Shown here: one piece after another, positions 8,489 through 17,501 of the stretch
Position numbering within the stretch: the first letter of the stretch is position 1
Layout of the letters: each line of letters starts with the position of its first letter
Source: Bordetella parapertussis
Lineage (GTDB): Bacteria > Acidobacteriota > Terriglobia > Bryobacterales > Bryobacteraceae
NCBI GenBank assembly: GCA_943328975.2
Contig: CALQCC020000014.1
Span: 15,445 to 79,444 of the forward strand
Reading direction: 5' to 3'
DNA length: 64,000 bases
Notes under the pieces: model-generated
Seen by the model: the letters and a program-made list of their open reading frames with translations, nothing else
What the model was told of the DNA's origin: nothing
Databases searched by the model: none
Made by a program: the position numbers and the translations under genes

Positions 8489-11400
8489 TTAGAACGACAA
8501 CCTCGCCGCAAGCTGCGCGGTCCGCGGACCCGCAGTGGTCAGAATCTTGCCAAAGTCAGGCGAGGTGATATTTGTGTTCGGATTGCTGTAGTTCACATGG
8601 TTGAAGCTGTTGAATGCATCCAGCCGGATTTCCAGCTTGACGGATTCGCTGAAGCTTAAGACCTTGCCCAGCGATGTGTTGACCTGCCAGCTGCCGGGAC
8701 CGCGGATCAAGCCAGGATTCGCATTGCCTGGGCGGAGCGTGGCCGTCGTCACCGACGACACAGGAACGCGCAGGAACTGCGTGGGGTCCAGATACCGCAA
8801 CGTTTCTCTGTAATTCCCCAAGATGGGAGCGTTGCCCACCAGATCGGGACGGCTGTTGGTGATCCCGGACGGCTGCGTCACCCGTAGAGGCATGCCCGTG
8901 CGTGTGGAGAGGATGCCGGAAATCTGCCATCCGCCAAGCACGCGGCCCAGCAATCCTCGGGTTGGACCAGGAAGTTGATATAGGATATCCATCGCCACGC
9001 GGCTGCGCGCTTCCTGTGAGAGCGGATTGCGATCATAGAATGGATCGAAGAAATCCTGGGTAACAAAGAAGTCGCTGTTGACGAAGTTTGAAGCCAGAGA
9101 CCCGCCTTGTTCGGCGTAACCCCGGCTGTAAGTGTAATGGAAGCCGAGTCCGAGGCGGCTTACAAATCTTTTACGGATCGAAGTCTGTAGAGCGTTATAA
9201 ACCATGGTCTGTTCGCTGGTCAGATACACACCGCCCGGCGCGCCGAGGGCAGGGTTCGGGCGCGCGCCAGTTTGCCGGTCGAAAGCGTTCGACAGGGGTC
9301 GGCTGAGCGGAAACTTTTGGCCATCCGTCCGGATGTAGCCTGCTTCCGCCATCCAGGAACCTCCCAGTGAGCGCTGAACATTGAGCATCGTCTGGATGGT
9401 GTAGGGTGCACGCAGGTTGGGATCAATCAGGGAGAAGATCGCCTTCTTGCCTGCGCCATTTGCCCGGACCACGGCTTGAACCTGGTCCGCGTAGTTGCCC
9501 CACTTCAGTCCGTTCGATGCAAGGTCGGTTCGGTTGAATTGGGTGGCGGCGCCGATGAGGGGGTCAGCGATATTGTTCTGGATCAGGGCTAGCAAGATCG
9601 GGGTGTACAACACACCTACGCCGCCGCGGATCACGAAGTCGCTCTTCTTGTCCGCAGTCCAAGCGAAGCCGAGGCGAGGTCCAACATTGCCCCAGTCGGA
9701 GTTGTAGGGTTTGTGTGGGTCCAACGGCGCGCCGAAATCCATCTTGTTGATGTTGGTCGGAGACGCCAAGTTCACAATTTCCGCCGGTCGGCTGGTGGTG
9801 GCCTTGAAACTAAACGCCGGGTAGAAGTCGAAGCGCATACCTAGATTGAGGACCAAGTTCTTGGTCACACGCCAGTCGTCCTGAATGAAGGCTCCGTAGT
9901 CGTCGATGTGCGCGTCATGCGCGGGTTGACCCGACTGGAGGTTCATTGCATTGGGCGTGTTCGTCAGCAGGTCATTGATGGTCTGGAAGGTGAAGTTCGG
10001 GTTCTGCGGATTGGTCTTGCTGCCTGCGGCGCGGCCCCAACGGAATCCCGTTTTGATGGTGTGGCCGGAATAGATCTTAGTGAATTTCTGTTCGAAACTC
10101 CAAGAGCGTCCTCGCAATGCCAGGACTTCGGAAGTCGGCGTGGCGAACCCGCCGGTCAAAGTGAACATCGGGACGCGCCGGGCCGGATCGGTCAACTCTG
10201 CGTCGCCTGAGCGCTTGGGATCGAGGACCATCCAGAAGTCGTTCAATCGATCCAACGATGAGCGATTCCAGCCAAAGCGCGTCTCTGCGGTCCAGTCTGG
10301 GCCAGCACGCACGTATTGGATCGCCACGCGATCCTGTGCATTGAGGAAGCGCTGATCGTTTCCTGGGCCTATGAAGATAGATGGATTCACCGTGTCTGGG
10401 CGCATCCGGCTGAACGTCGCCGAAAGATTACCTCCGAATACCGAAGCATCGCCTTTCAACATCAACGTGTCGTCACTGCGTGTGCGCGGCTTGGCGTTCC
10501 GGAAGCGGCCGTAATTGGCATCGATGGCTTCGTTGGGTTGAGGAAGGGTATCCATCACAATCTTGGTTTCAGGATTTGGGAGCGCTAGCAGGATGCGATC
10601 GCGTAATGCCTGGGTGGGCACGACTCCGTTCTGGCTGAGGCCGAACGTTTCGCGGTAGCCTTCGTAGGTCGTAAAGAAGAACACCTTGTTCTTAAGAATG
10701 GGCCCGCCGAACGATCCGCCAAATTGGTTGAAACGGACCGCTGGTTTGGCCTGAGCGATGGGCAGGAAAGGATCCCGCGCCAGTAGCTTATCGTTCTGCC
10801 AATTCTCAAATAGCGAGCCATGATACGCGTTCGTGCCAGAGCGAGTGATCATATTGATCTGCCCGCCTGCGGATCCGCCGTATTCGGATGGCAGGATCCC
10901 CTTGTTCACCTGAACTTCGGCGACCGCCTCAATGCTCATGACGCTGATCTGGTTTTGCGCGCCGTAAGAATTGAGACCGCGCGTCTCATTGTTGGCGGTG
11001 GCGTCGGTGCCGTCTACCGTTACTAGGGTTCCGCCCTCGGCAACGCCGTTGAGCCGGATGTTGCCGCCACCAGCCAAGCCTGTCGATGCTTCCGTCACGC
11101 CTGTGGAAAGGGTGAGCAAGTTCGTGACGTTCCGGCGTGCAAGCGGAAGCGCGCGAATCTCGGTGGTGCCCAGTACTTCTTTTTGCGACGACGTTTCGGT
11201 CTGCACCAGCGGGGCGTTCTCAGAAACCGTGATGCTTTCCGATACCTGCCCCACTTCCATCGTGATGTTCAAGCGTGCAACCTGGCCGGCGCTGAGGTCC
11301 ACGCCTTCGTTGACGTAGGTCTTGAATCCTGACAGTTCGACTTTGATCGTGTAGGGTCCGGCCGTCAATGCCGGGAGCGTGAACTCTCCGCGCGCATCGG

Positions 11401-11575
11401 TGGTGATGTCACGCACGGCGCCCGTTCCTCGGTGCGTCGCGGTGACGGTCGCCCCTGGGGCCACAGCCTCGGTTGAATCATGAACAAGGCCCGTCAAAGT
11501 CGCAGTGGTGACCTGAGCGCTCAAAGAAAGCGCCGCGGCAAACAAGGCACACGTAACCCGTCGAATGTTTTTCAT
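8489..11575 (-). CDS. TonB-dependent outer-membrane receptor with an N-terminal carboxypeptidase-regulatory-like domain
   Basis: The ATG at 11575 gives MKNIRRVTCALFAAALSLSAQV. CarboxypepD_reg-like TGLVHDSTEAVAPGATVTATHRGTG...GEFTLPALTAGPYTIKVELSGF. Long beta-barrel ending in ...AQLAARLSF. Confidence 0.9.
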   Translation of the reverse strand: MKNIRRVTCALFAAALSLSAQVTTATLTGLVHDSTEAVAPGATVTATHRGTGAVRDITTDARGEFTLPALTAGPYTIKVELSGFKTYVNEGVDLSAGQVARLNITMEVGQVSESITVSENAPLVQTETSSQKEVLGTTEIRALPLARRNVTNLLTLSTGVTEASTGLAGGGNIRLNGVAEGGTLVTVDGTDATANNETRGLNSYGAQNQISVMSIEAVAEVQVNKGILPSEYGGSAGGQINMITRSGTNAYHGSLFENWQNDKLLARDPFLPIAQAKPAVRFNQFGGSFGGPILKNKVFFFTTYEGYRETFGLSQNGVVPTQALRDRILLALPNPETKIVMDTLPQPNEAIDANYGRFRNAKPRTRSDDTLMLKGDASVFGGNLSATFSRMRPDTVNPSIFIGPGNDQRFLNAQDRVAIQYVRAGPDWTAETRFGWNRSSLDRLNDFWMVLDPKRSGDAELTDPARRVPMFTLTGGFATPTSEVLALRGRSWSFEQKFTKIYSGHTIKTGFRWGRAAGSKTNPQNPNFTFQTINDLLTNTPNAMNLQSGQPAHDAHIDDYGAFIQDDWRVTKNLVLNLGMRFDFYPAFSFKATTSRPAEIVNLASPTNINKMDFGAPLDPHKPYNSDWGNVGPRLGFAWTADKKSDFVIRGGVGVLYTPILLALIQNNIADPLIGAATQFNRTDLASNGLKWGNYADQVQAVVRANGAGKKAIFSLIDPNLRAPYTIQTMLNVQRSLGGSWMAEAGYIRTDGQKFPLSRPLSNAFDRQTGARPNPALGAPGGVYLTSEQTMVYNALQTSIRKRFVSRLGLGFHYTYSRGYAEQGGSLASNFVNSDFFVTQDFFDPFYDRNPLSQEARSRVAMDILYQLPGPTRGLLGRVLGGWQISGILSTRTGMPLRVTQPSGITNSRPDLVGNAPILGNYRETLRYLDPTQFLRVPVSSVTTATLRPGNANPGLIRGPGSWQVNTSLGKVLSFSESVKLEIRLDAFNSFNHVNYSNPNTNITSPDFGKILTTAGPRTAQLAARLSF

Positions 11576-11694
11576 CTCCAACCCCCCTCTACGATCAAGC
11601 GAAGAACTAGAATAGTGTACTGGCACCCTCAGTGGGAGTCAACCCTTCGCTCTTCTAAAAAGGGTGTTATATACTGTCGCCGTGGAGGCCATGC

Positions 11695-13266
11695 GTGAAA
11701 CGTCTTAGTCAATGGGCTGTGTTGTTGGTTGCGAGCATGATCATGGGTTCGGCAAGTGCTGCTGACCTGCGGCTGATCAATGCGGTAAAGCAACAGGACG
11801 TGAAGACGGTGCGCGCTCTCCTCACGCAACGGGCCGATGTGAATGCCTCGGAGCCGGACGGTTTCACGGCGCTGCATTGGGCCGCGCAACGTGACAACCT
11901 GGAAATCGCGAACCTTCTTATCACGGCCGGGGCGAAGCCTGACGCCGTCAGTCGGTACAAGATCACGCCCCTTGCGCTGGCCTGCACCAACGGAAGCGCT
12001 GCCTTGATCGAACGTTTACTTAAAGCCGGCGTCGATGCCAACAGCACTTCGGAAGAAGGCCAGACCGCACTCATGACCGCGTCCCTCACGGGCAATGCAG
12101 ATGCGGTGAAGATGCTGCTTTCGCACGGCGCGAACGTGAACCTCGTCGAGCCGCGGCAAGGCCAGACGGCGCTGATGTGGGCTGCTTCGGAAGGTCGAAC
12201 GGCCGCCACCGCGATGTTGGTCGAGTTCGGTGCCGAGGTTAAATCGAAATCCAAGGGCGGCTTCACGCCCTTCTTGTTCGCGGTCCGCAACGGCCACATC
12301 GAAACCGCGAAGGTCCTATTGGACCACGGCGCAAACATTAACGACGTAGCCCCGGACGGTACCAGCGCCCTGAACATGGCTGTGGTCAACGCTTACTTTG
12401 AACTGGCCTCCGTCCTGGTGACGCGTGGTGCGGACCCGAACGCTCCCGATCCGCGTGGGTCGGCGCTGCACACGATCGCGTGGCTTCGTAAACCGGGCAC
12501 GGATGGCGCTGCAGGAGTTGGTAACACTCCGCATGGGCCTCCGGTTCCGCAAGGCAACGTGACCAGTTTCGAGCTCGCGAAAACGCTGCTGGAACACGGA
12601 GCCAATCCGAATATCCGCGTAAGTTGGAAGGAATCGACATTCGAAAATCAGGGCGGCACCGCGCGGAACCCTCCGAACATTCAGTTAGGACGGATCTTCC
12701 TGAGCTATGTGGGAGCGACACCCTTCTACGTCGCCGCGCGCAATGGGGATGCCCCTTACATGCGCTTGCTGGTGGAGCACGGAGCCGACCCGAAGATGGG
12801 TACCGTCCAAGGCATCACGCCGCTGATGGCCGCCGCAGGGCTAGGGTATTGGGAAGGCGAAGCGCCCGGTCCGTTCAGTGGCTGCACCGAGGCCGAACGC
12901 CTGGAAGCGATGAAGCTCACGATTGAATTGGGCAACGATGTCAACGCGCAGGCCAATTTCGGCGACTACAAGATGGACGGCACGCCCGAATACACGCTGC
13001 TCTACTATCCATTGAACATGGACGAGTTGCGGAATAAGGTTCTGGGCGACCCGCGTTGGGACGGCAGCACGCCACTCATCGGAGCAATCATTTCCGGGCA
13101 GGCATCGCTAGTGCAGTATTTGGTCGACCACGGTGCGCGTGTCGATACCAAGACGAAGCTCGGCTGGACCCCGCTGATGGTGTCCGAGGGCGTGTTCTTC
13201 GCGAACGCCAAGAAGGAATATCCGGCCGCCGCCGCGATCATTCGCAAAGCGCTCGCACGTCCGTAG
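11695..13266 (+). CDS. Exported ankyrin-repeat protein
   Basis: Signal peptide MKRLSQWAVLLVASMIMGSASA, followed by many G.TALH.AA..G..E....LL..GA..N repeats. Confidence 0.9.
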   Translation: MKRLSQWAVLLVASMIMGSASAADLRLINAVKQQDVKTVRALLTQRADVNASEPDGFTALHWAAQRDNLEIANLLITAGAKPDAVSRYKITPLALACTNGSAALIERLLKAGVDANSTSEEGQTALMTASLTGNADAVKMLLSHGANVNLVEPRQGQTALMWAASEGRTAATAMLVEFGAEVKSKSKGGFTPFLFAVRNGHIETAKVLLDHGANINDVAPDGTSALNMAVVNAYFELASVLVTRGADPNAPDPRGSALHTIAWLRKPGTDGAAGVGNTPHGPPVPQGNVTSFELAKTLLEHGANPNIRVSWKESTFENQGGTARNPPNIQLGRIFLSYVGATPFYVAARNGDAPYMRLLVEHGADPKMGTVQGITPLMAAAGLGYWEGEAPGPFSGCTEAERLEAMKLTIELGNDVNAQANFGDYKMDGTPEYTLLYYPLNMDELRNKVLGDPRWDGSTPLIGAIISGQASLVQYLVDHGARVDTKTKLGWTPLMVSEGVFFANAKKEYPAAAAIIRKALARP

Positions 13267-13327
13267 CGCCGCACAACCTTTGTCATTTGAAGATGACCGG
13301 GATACAATCGCCGGTGGAGTAACACCC

Positions 13328-13771
13328 ATGAAATCCAGACACCTAGCCGTGATCGTGGCCGCTACCGGACTGCTGGCCTCCATTGTGCCGCTGTTCGCGC
13401 ACCATTCCTTCTCTGCTGAGTACGATTCTAACCAACCGCTCACGCTGAAGGGTGTGGTGAAAGAATTGCGCTGGGCCAATCCGCACGCCTACGTTTACGT
13501 GGACGTGAAGAACGAAAGCGGCAAGACGGATACATGGGCTCTGGAAACGCTCAGTCCGAACGCGTTGGCGCGGCAAGGCTGGAATCGGGATTCGCTGAAA
13601 CAGGGCGAGTCGGTGACCGTGGAGGTCTACAAAGCCAGGGACCCGCGGCCGCTCAAGGACGGTTCACTGCATGGCAACGGGCGATCCTTCACGCTGGCCA
13701 ACGGCAAGCGCGTGTTCGTGGGAAATTCCGAAGACGGCGGACCGCAGTCTTCCACGGCGACCGGAAAATAA
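13328..13771 (+). CDS. Small exported protein, DUF6152-like; predicted mature N-terminus HHSF (second copy)
   Basis: The ATG at 13328 gives MKSRHLAVIVAATGLLASIVPLFA|HHSFSAEYDSNQPLTLKGVVKELRWANPHAYVYVDV. Paralog of 3035..3424. Confidence 0.75.
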   Translation: MKSRHLAVIVAATGLLASIVPLFAHHSFSAEYDSNQPLTLKGVVKELRWANPHAYVYVDVKNESGKTDTWALETLSPNALARQGWNRDSLKQGESVTVEVYKARDPRPLKDGSLHGNGRSFTLANGKRVFVGNSEDGGPQSSTATGK

Positions 13772-13780
13772 GGGATCTCT

Positions 13781-14548
13781 ATGAATCGAAATTATGGATG
13801 GCTGGCGGCCGCCGTGGCCGTGGCCGCGCTGCTACCGCTTGCTCCAGTGGACGTCTCCGCGCAGGTGGACCTAGTGAAAGGCGGCAAAGCCGCGCCTGCC
13901 AAGGGTAAAGAAGATTCGGCGCCCAAAGGTCCCACGCCCCGGATGCCCGACGGCAAAGTGGATTTCAACGGCGTCTACGGCCCTGCGAATTTCGCTTTCT
14001 ATGGCGGAGCGATGCCGCTGCAGCCGTGGGCGCAAAAAGTCTATGACGATCGCCGAGCCGGTTTGAGCAAAGACGATCCCGAAGGCAACTGCCTGCCTGC
14101 CGGCGTGCCGCGCATCTCGCCCTTCCCGCAGAAATTCGTTCAGACGAAAGATTTGTTCGTGATCCTCGATGAGGGCAACGTTCACAGCTACCGTCAGATC
14201 TTCCTTGATGGGCGCGGTCATGGCAAAGGGCTGGACCAACTATGGATGGGCCACTCCACAGGCAAATGGGCGGACAATGACACGCTGGTGGTCGATACCG
14301 TGGGGTTCAACGACAAGACGTGGTTGAACGGTCAGGGGTTGCCGCACACCGATAAGTTGCACGTGACCGAAAAGTACACGCGGCCGGATTTGGGCCATGT
14401 GAACGTCGAGATCACGATTGAAGATCCGGGTGCTCTAACGGCTCCGCACACCTTCACGCGTTCATTCGTGTTCCATCCTGAATGGGAACTATTGGAATAC
14501 GTCTGCAACGAATTCAACATCGACTACGACCGGCTCGTCGGCAAGTAA
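13781..14548 (+). CDS. Exported protein of unknown function, paralog of 2177..3019
   Basis: 255 aa with a signal peptide. [60 protein letters not shown]. 9 nt downstream of 13328..13771. Confidence 0.75.
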   Translation: MNRNYGWLAAAVAVAALLPLAPVDVSAQVDLVKGGKAAPAKGKEDSAPKGPTPRMPDGKVDFNGVYGPANFAFYGGAMPLQPWAQKVYDDRRAGLSKDDPEGNCLPAGVPRISPFPQKFVQTKDLFVILDEGNVHSYRQIFLDGRGHGKGLDQLWMGHSTGKWADNDTLVVDTVGFNDKTWLNGQGLPHTDKLHVTEKYTRPDLGHVNVEITIEDPGALTAPHTFTRSFVFHPEWELLEYVCNEFNIDYDRLVGK

Positions 14549-14600
14549 CCTGCGGCGCGTGTACCGCGTAAGGCAAGACTTGCGCGATCATAGAAGGTTC

Positions 14601-15611
14601 ATGGTTGAAACCATCATTTGGACCGATTCCGGCGTCGTCATGATCGACCAACGCCTTCTGCCGCGCCAGGAAGTTTTTGTCACCTGTCGCACCTATCTAG
14701 AAATGGCGGATGCCATTAAGACGATGGTCATTCGCGGAGCTCCCGCGATCGGAGTCGCCGCCGCGATGGGCGTCGCGTTGGGTGTGCAAGAAGGTGCCGA
14801 TTTCGACACCGTCTGCGACACGCTGGCTGCGACACGTCCCACGGCGGTAAATCTTTTCTGGGGTATCGAGCGCATGCGGCGCTTGAACGATACGCTGACT
14901 GGTGCGACCCAAGCCGAGCTGGTGGCGCGCATGATTGAGGAAGCGCAGACTACGCGCACCGAAGACATCGCCATCTGTGAAGCCATCGGCCGCAATGGAG
15001 CCGACCTTGTCCCCGACGGCAAGACCGTACTCACGCACTGCAACGCCGGAGCACTGGCCACGGCGGGTTACGGAACCGCGCTCGGAGTGATTCGCGCTGC
15101 TGTGAGTGCTGGCAAGAAGATCGACGTCTTCGCCGACGAGACCCGCCCCTTCCTACAAGGCGCGCGCCTCACGGCATGGGAGCTGCAGCAAGACGGCATC
15201 CCGACCACAATCATCACCGACAACATGGCCGGGCATTTTCTGAAGAGTGGCCGCATCGGTTGCGTCGTCGTTGGCGCGGATCGCATTGCCGCGAATGGCG
15301 ATGTGGCGAATAAGATCGGCACCTACTCGGTCGCGGTGCTGGCGAAGGAAAACGGCGTGCCGTTCTACGTAGCCGCGCCGGTCTCGACCTTCGACCTCAC
15401 GATTCCCTCCGGCGATCACATTCCGATCGAGCAGCGTTCACGCGACGAAGTGACGCACGTCTTCGGCGTACCAGTTGCGCCCGAGGGCATTGGCGTGGAG
15501 AATCCCGCGTTTGACGTGACGCCTTCGCGCTACGTGACCGCGATCATCTGTGAGAAGGGTGTCGCACGAGCGCCGTACGAGCAATCGCTGAAAGCGCTCG
15601 CGTCTAAGTAG
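14601..15611 (+). CDS. mtnA: S-methyl-5-thioribose-1-phosphate isomerase
   Basis: [57 protein letters not shown]..., HCNAGALAT and [18 protein letters not shown] are classic MtnA/eIF-2B-family blocks. Confidence 0.9.
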   Translation: MVETIIWTDSGVVMIDQRLLPRQEVFVTCRTYLEMADAIKTMVIRGAPAIGVAAAMGVALGVQEGADFDTVCDTLAATRPTAVNLFWGIERMRRLNDTLTGATQAELVARMIEEAQTTRTEDIAICEAIGRNGADLVPDGKTVLTHCNAGALATAGYGTALGVIRAAVSAGKKIDVFADETRPFLQGARLTAWELQQDGIPTTIITDNMAGHFLKSGRIGCVVVGADRIAANGDVANKIGTYSVAVLAKENGVPFYVAAPVSTFDLTIPSGDHIPIEQRSRDEVTHVFGVPVAPEGIGVENPAFDVTPSRYVTAIICEKGVARAPYEQSLKALASK

Positions 15612-15787
15612 AGATGTACCCCGCTAGGCCGCTGCAGGAGCGGCCCAGCGAAATAAAAAGAAGTGATGGCCGCAAAGCCCGCACCGGTACCCAAGCAGGA
15701 TCCACAGAATGGCTTGCTCGAAAGCATTCCTGGCCCCCACCGCGCGAAAGTCTACCGACTTGCAGTGCGGGCACTTGGAAGAGATCA

Positions 15788-16018
15788 CTAAGCGTCCGTC
15801 TTTGCGGCGCTGCCTGTGCCCGGAGCTTTACCACCGCCCCGGAAGGACGTGGCGGAGCCACGCGCACTGGCGTCGCCTACGTGGCCGCCTGTAGGACGGC
15901 TCGCGTCGCGCGCGGCCTGGATCTGCTCCGGCGTGCGCACGTCGGGTTCGGAAGTCTTCGCATTTACTTTTGCACGCGCCACTTGGCGTTTGTGCCGTTT
16001 CGCTAATCGCTTGTCCAT
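15788..16018 (-). CDS. Possible small basic, disordered protein (76 aa)
   Basis: Internal ATG at 16018 preceded by AAGGA at 5-nt spacing, giving MDKRLAKRHKRQVARAKVNAKTSEPDVRTPEQIQAARDA... The longer 198-aa track ORF looks like high-GC read-through. No recognisable family. Confidence 0.3.
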   Translation of the reverse strand: MDKRLAKRHKRQVARAKVNAKTSEPDVRTPEQIQAARDASRPTGGHVGDASARGSATSFRGGGKAPGTGSAAKTDA

Positions 16019-16135
16019 AAATATCCTTGAGGGATACCTTAACAGTACACCCTTTACGGCTCGACCAACGCCCGCGTCCTCTCCGGCAATCGAAAATCTG
16101 ATATGCTGCCAAGGTCTCGCAGGAGGATTCCCGCC

Positions 16136-17461
16136 ATGTCGCGATTGATTTGGGCAAGCCTGGCCACCACGCTTACGGTGTTCGCCGCGGGCGAACCGGT
16201 CACCTTCAACAAGGAGGTCCTGCCCATCCTCCAGAAGAACTGTCAGAACTGCCATCGTCCCGGCGAAGTCGCGCCGATGTCGTTCCTCGATTACCAGAGC
16301 GCGCGGCCCTGGGCCAAGGCGATTAAGGCTGCCGTCGTCACAGGTAAGATGCCGCCCTGGTTCGCCGATGCGCGTTACGGCCACTGGGCCAACGAAAAGC
16401 GCCTGGCCGATGCCGACATCAAAACACTCGCGGCGTGGGCCGATGGCGGAGCGCTCGAGGGCAACGCGAAAGATAAATCAGCCCCTGTGCAGTGGACCGA
16501 AGGCTGGAACATCAAGCCCGACCATATCGTCAGCATGCCGGAGCCGTTCCCCATCCCGGCGAAAGGCATCTTAGAACTGACGCACTTCATCGTGCCCAGC
16601 GGCTTCACTAAAGACACGTGGATCACCTCCATCGAGATTCGCCCGTCCGATCCGTCCGTCGTGCATCACGTGGTGGTGCAAGTCATCCCGCACGATCCCA
16701 AGGTCAAATACGGCGAGCCTATCTGGACCGACAAACCTCGCGACGAACTGGGCGACCAAATTACCAAGATCAAGAAGCGTGAACGAACTTCTTTGGCGCC
16801 GCGCGCAGTGGGCGGCAATCTCGAAGCGGTGTACCTGCCGGGCGGCTCTTCCTCTACTGACTACTCGCAATGGGGCGCGGCCAAATTGATCCCCGCTGGT
16901 TCGGACATCTATATCGGCATGCACTACACGCCCAACGGCAAAGCGACGAAGGATCAAACCCGCGTCGGCTTCACGCTGGCGAAAGAAGAGCCCACGCGCC
17001 GCTTCATTACGTTTCTGCCTATCTCCGCCTCGGATGAGGAGAGCTTCCGCATCCCCGCCGGAGCCTCCAATTGGGGCACGGGAGCCGAGGTGGTCTTCAA
17101 CGAAAACGCGGAACTAGTGTGGTTCATGCCGCATATGCATCAACGCGGCAAGGACATGACCTTCAAACTGACCTACCCCACCGGCGAATCTGAAGTGGTG
17201 CTCAGCGTACCCAAATACAACTTCGCGTGGCAGTTCGATTACGTTGCCGCGAAGCCGATCCTCGTCCCCAAGGGCACCAAGATGGAGATCACAGCGCACT
17301 ACGACAACTCCGCCAATAACGCCTTCAATCCCAATCCCAACAAAGATGTTTGGTGGGGCGAGCAAACATGGGAAGAAATGATGGCGGGCTGGTTCGCGGT
17401 GGTGGTGGATCGCAAGCTCGATCCGAAGAAGATCGTGACCTACGACGAAGGCACGCCGTAG
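16136..17461 (+). CDS. Exported fusion protein: N-terminal CxxCH (heme c-type) module plus a PHM/DBH-like dicopper monooxygenase-like domain
   Basis: ATG at 16136 with AGGAGG 9 nt upstream and a signal peptide. FNKEVLPILQKNCQNCHRPGEVAPMSF. Then a His pattern VVHHVVV ... IGMHYTPNG ... PHMHQRGKDM ... EEMMAGW, with spacing similar to the CuH (HH..H) and CuM (HxH..M) ligands. Confidence 0.7.
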   Translation: MSRLIWASLATTLTVFAAGEPVTFNKEVLPILQKNCQNCHRPGEVAPMSFLDYQSARPWAKAIKAAVVTGKMPPWFADARYGHWANEKRLADADIKTLAAWADGGALEGNAKDKSAPVQWTEGWNIKPDHIVSMPEPFPIPAKGILELTHFIVPSGFTKDTWITSIEIRPSDPSVVHHVVVQVIPHDPKVKYGEPIWTDKPRDELGDQITKIKKRERTSLAPRAVGGNLEAVYLPGGSSSTDYSQWGAAKLIPAGSDIYIGMHYTPNGKATKDQTRVGFTLAKEEPTRRFITFLPISASDEESFRIPAGASNWGTGAEVVFNENAELVWFMPHMHQRGKDMTFKLTYPTGESEVVLSVPKYNFAWQFDYVAAKPILVPKGTKMEITAHYDNSANNAFNPNPNKDVWWGEQTWEEMMAGWFAVVVDRKLDPKKIVTYDEGTP

Positions 17462-17501
17462 ACAGATTCTTTTTCGTCCGCGGGTGCTAGACTGGCGATT
17501 T

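Noticed and set aside
11611-11626. A TGGCAC sequence as a sigma54 -24 element. It occurs here in the TonB-receptor/ankyrin intergenic region, and again at 20354..20359.
   Set aside because: Neither is followed by the TTGC -12 element at the required 5-nt spacing (the sequences are CCTCAGTGGG and CCAGATGAAT).
2177-14548. The inverted paired modules at both ends of a ~12-kb segment as the arms of a composite transposon or invertible element.
   Set aside because: The copies are similar only at the protein level (about 40-50%), not the nucleotide level. I saw no transposase, integrase or recombinase, and no terminal inverted repeats or target duplications.
15614-16006. A 130-aa plus-strand ORF and the full 198-aa minus-strand ORF (15788..16384) in the mtnA / copper-monooxygenase spacer.
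   Set aside because: The translations are Arg/Ala/Pro-rich with no motifs. The 198-aa ORF overlaps the well-supported start (AGGAGG RBS) of 16136..17461. Only the 76-codon RBS-preceded core is kept, at low confidence.
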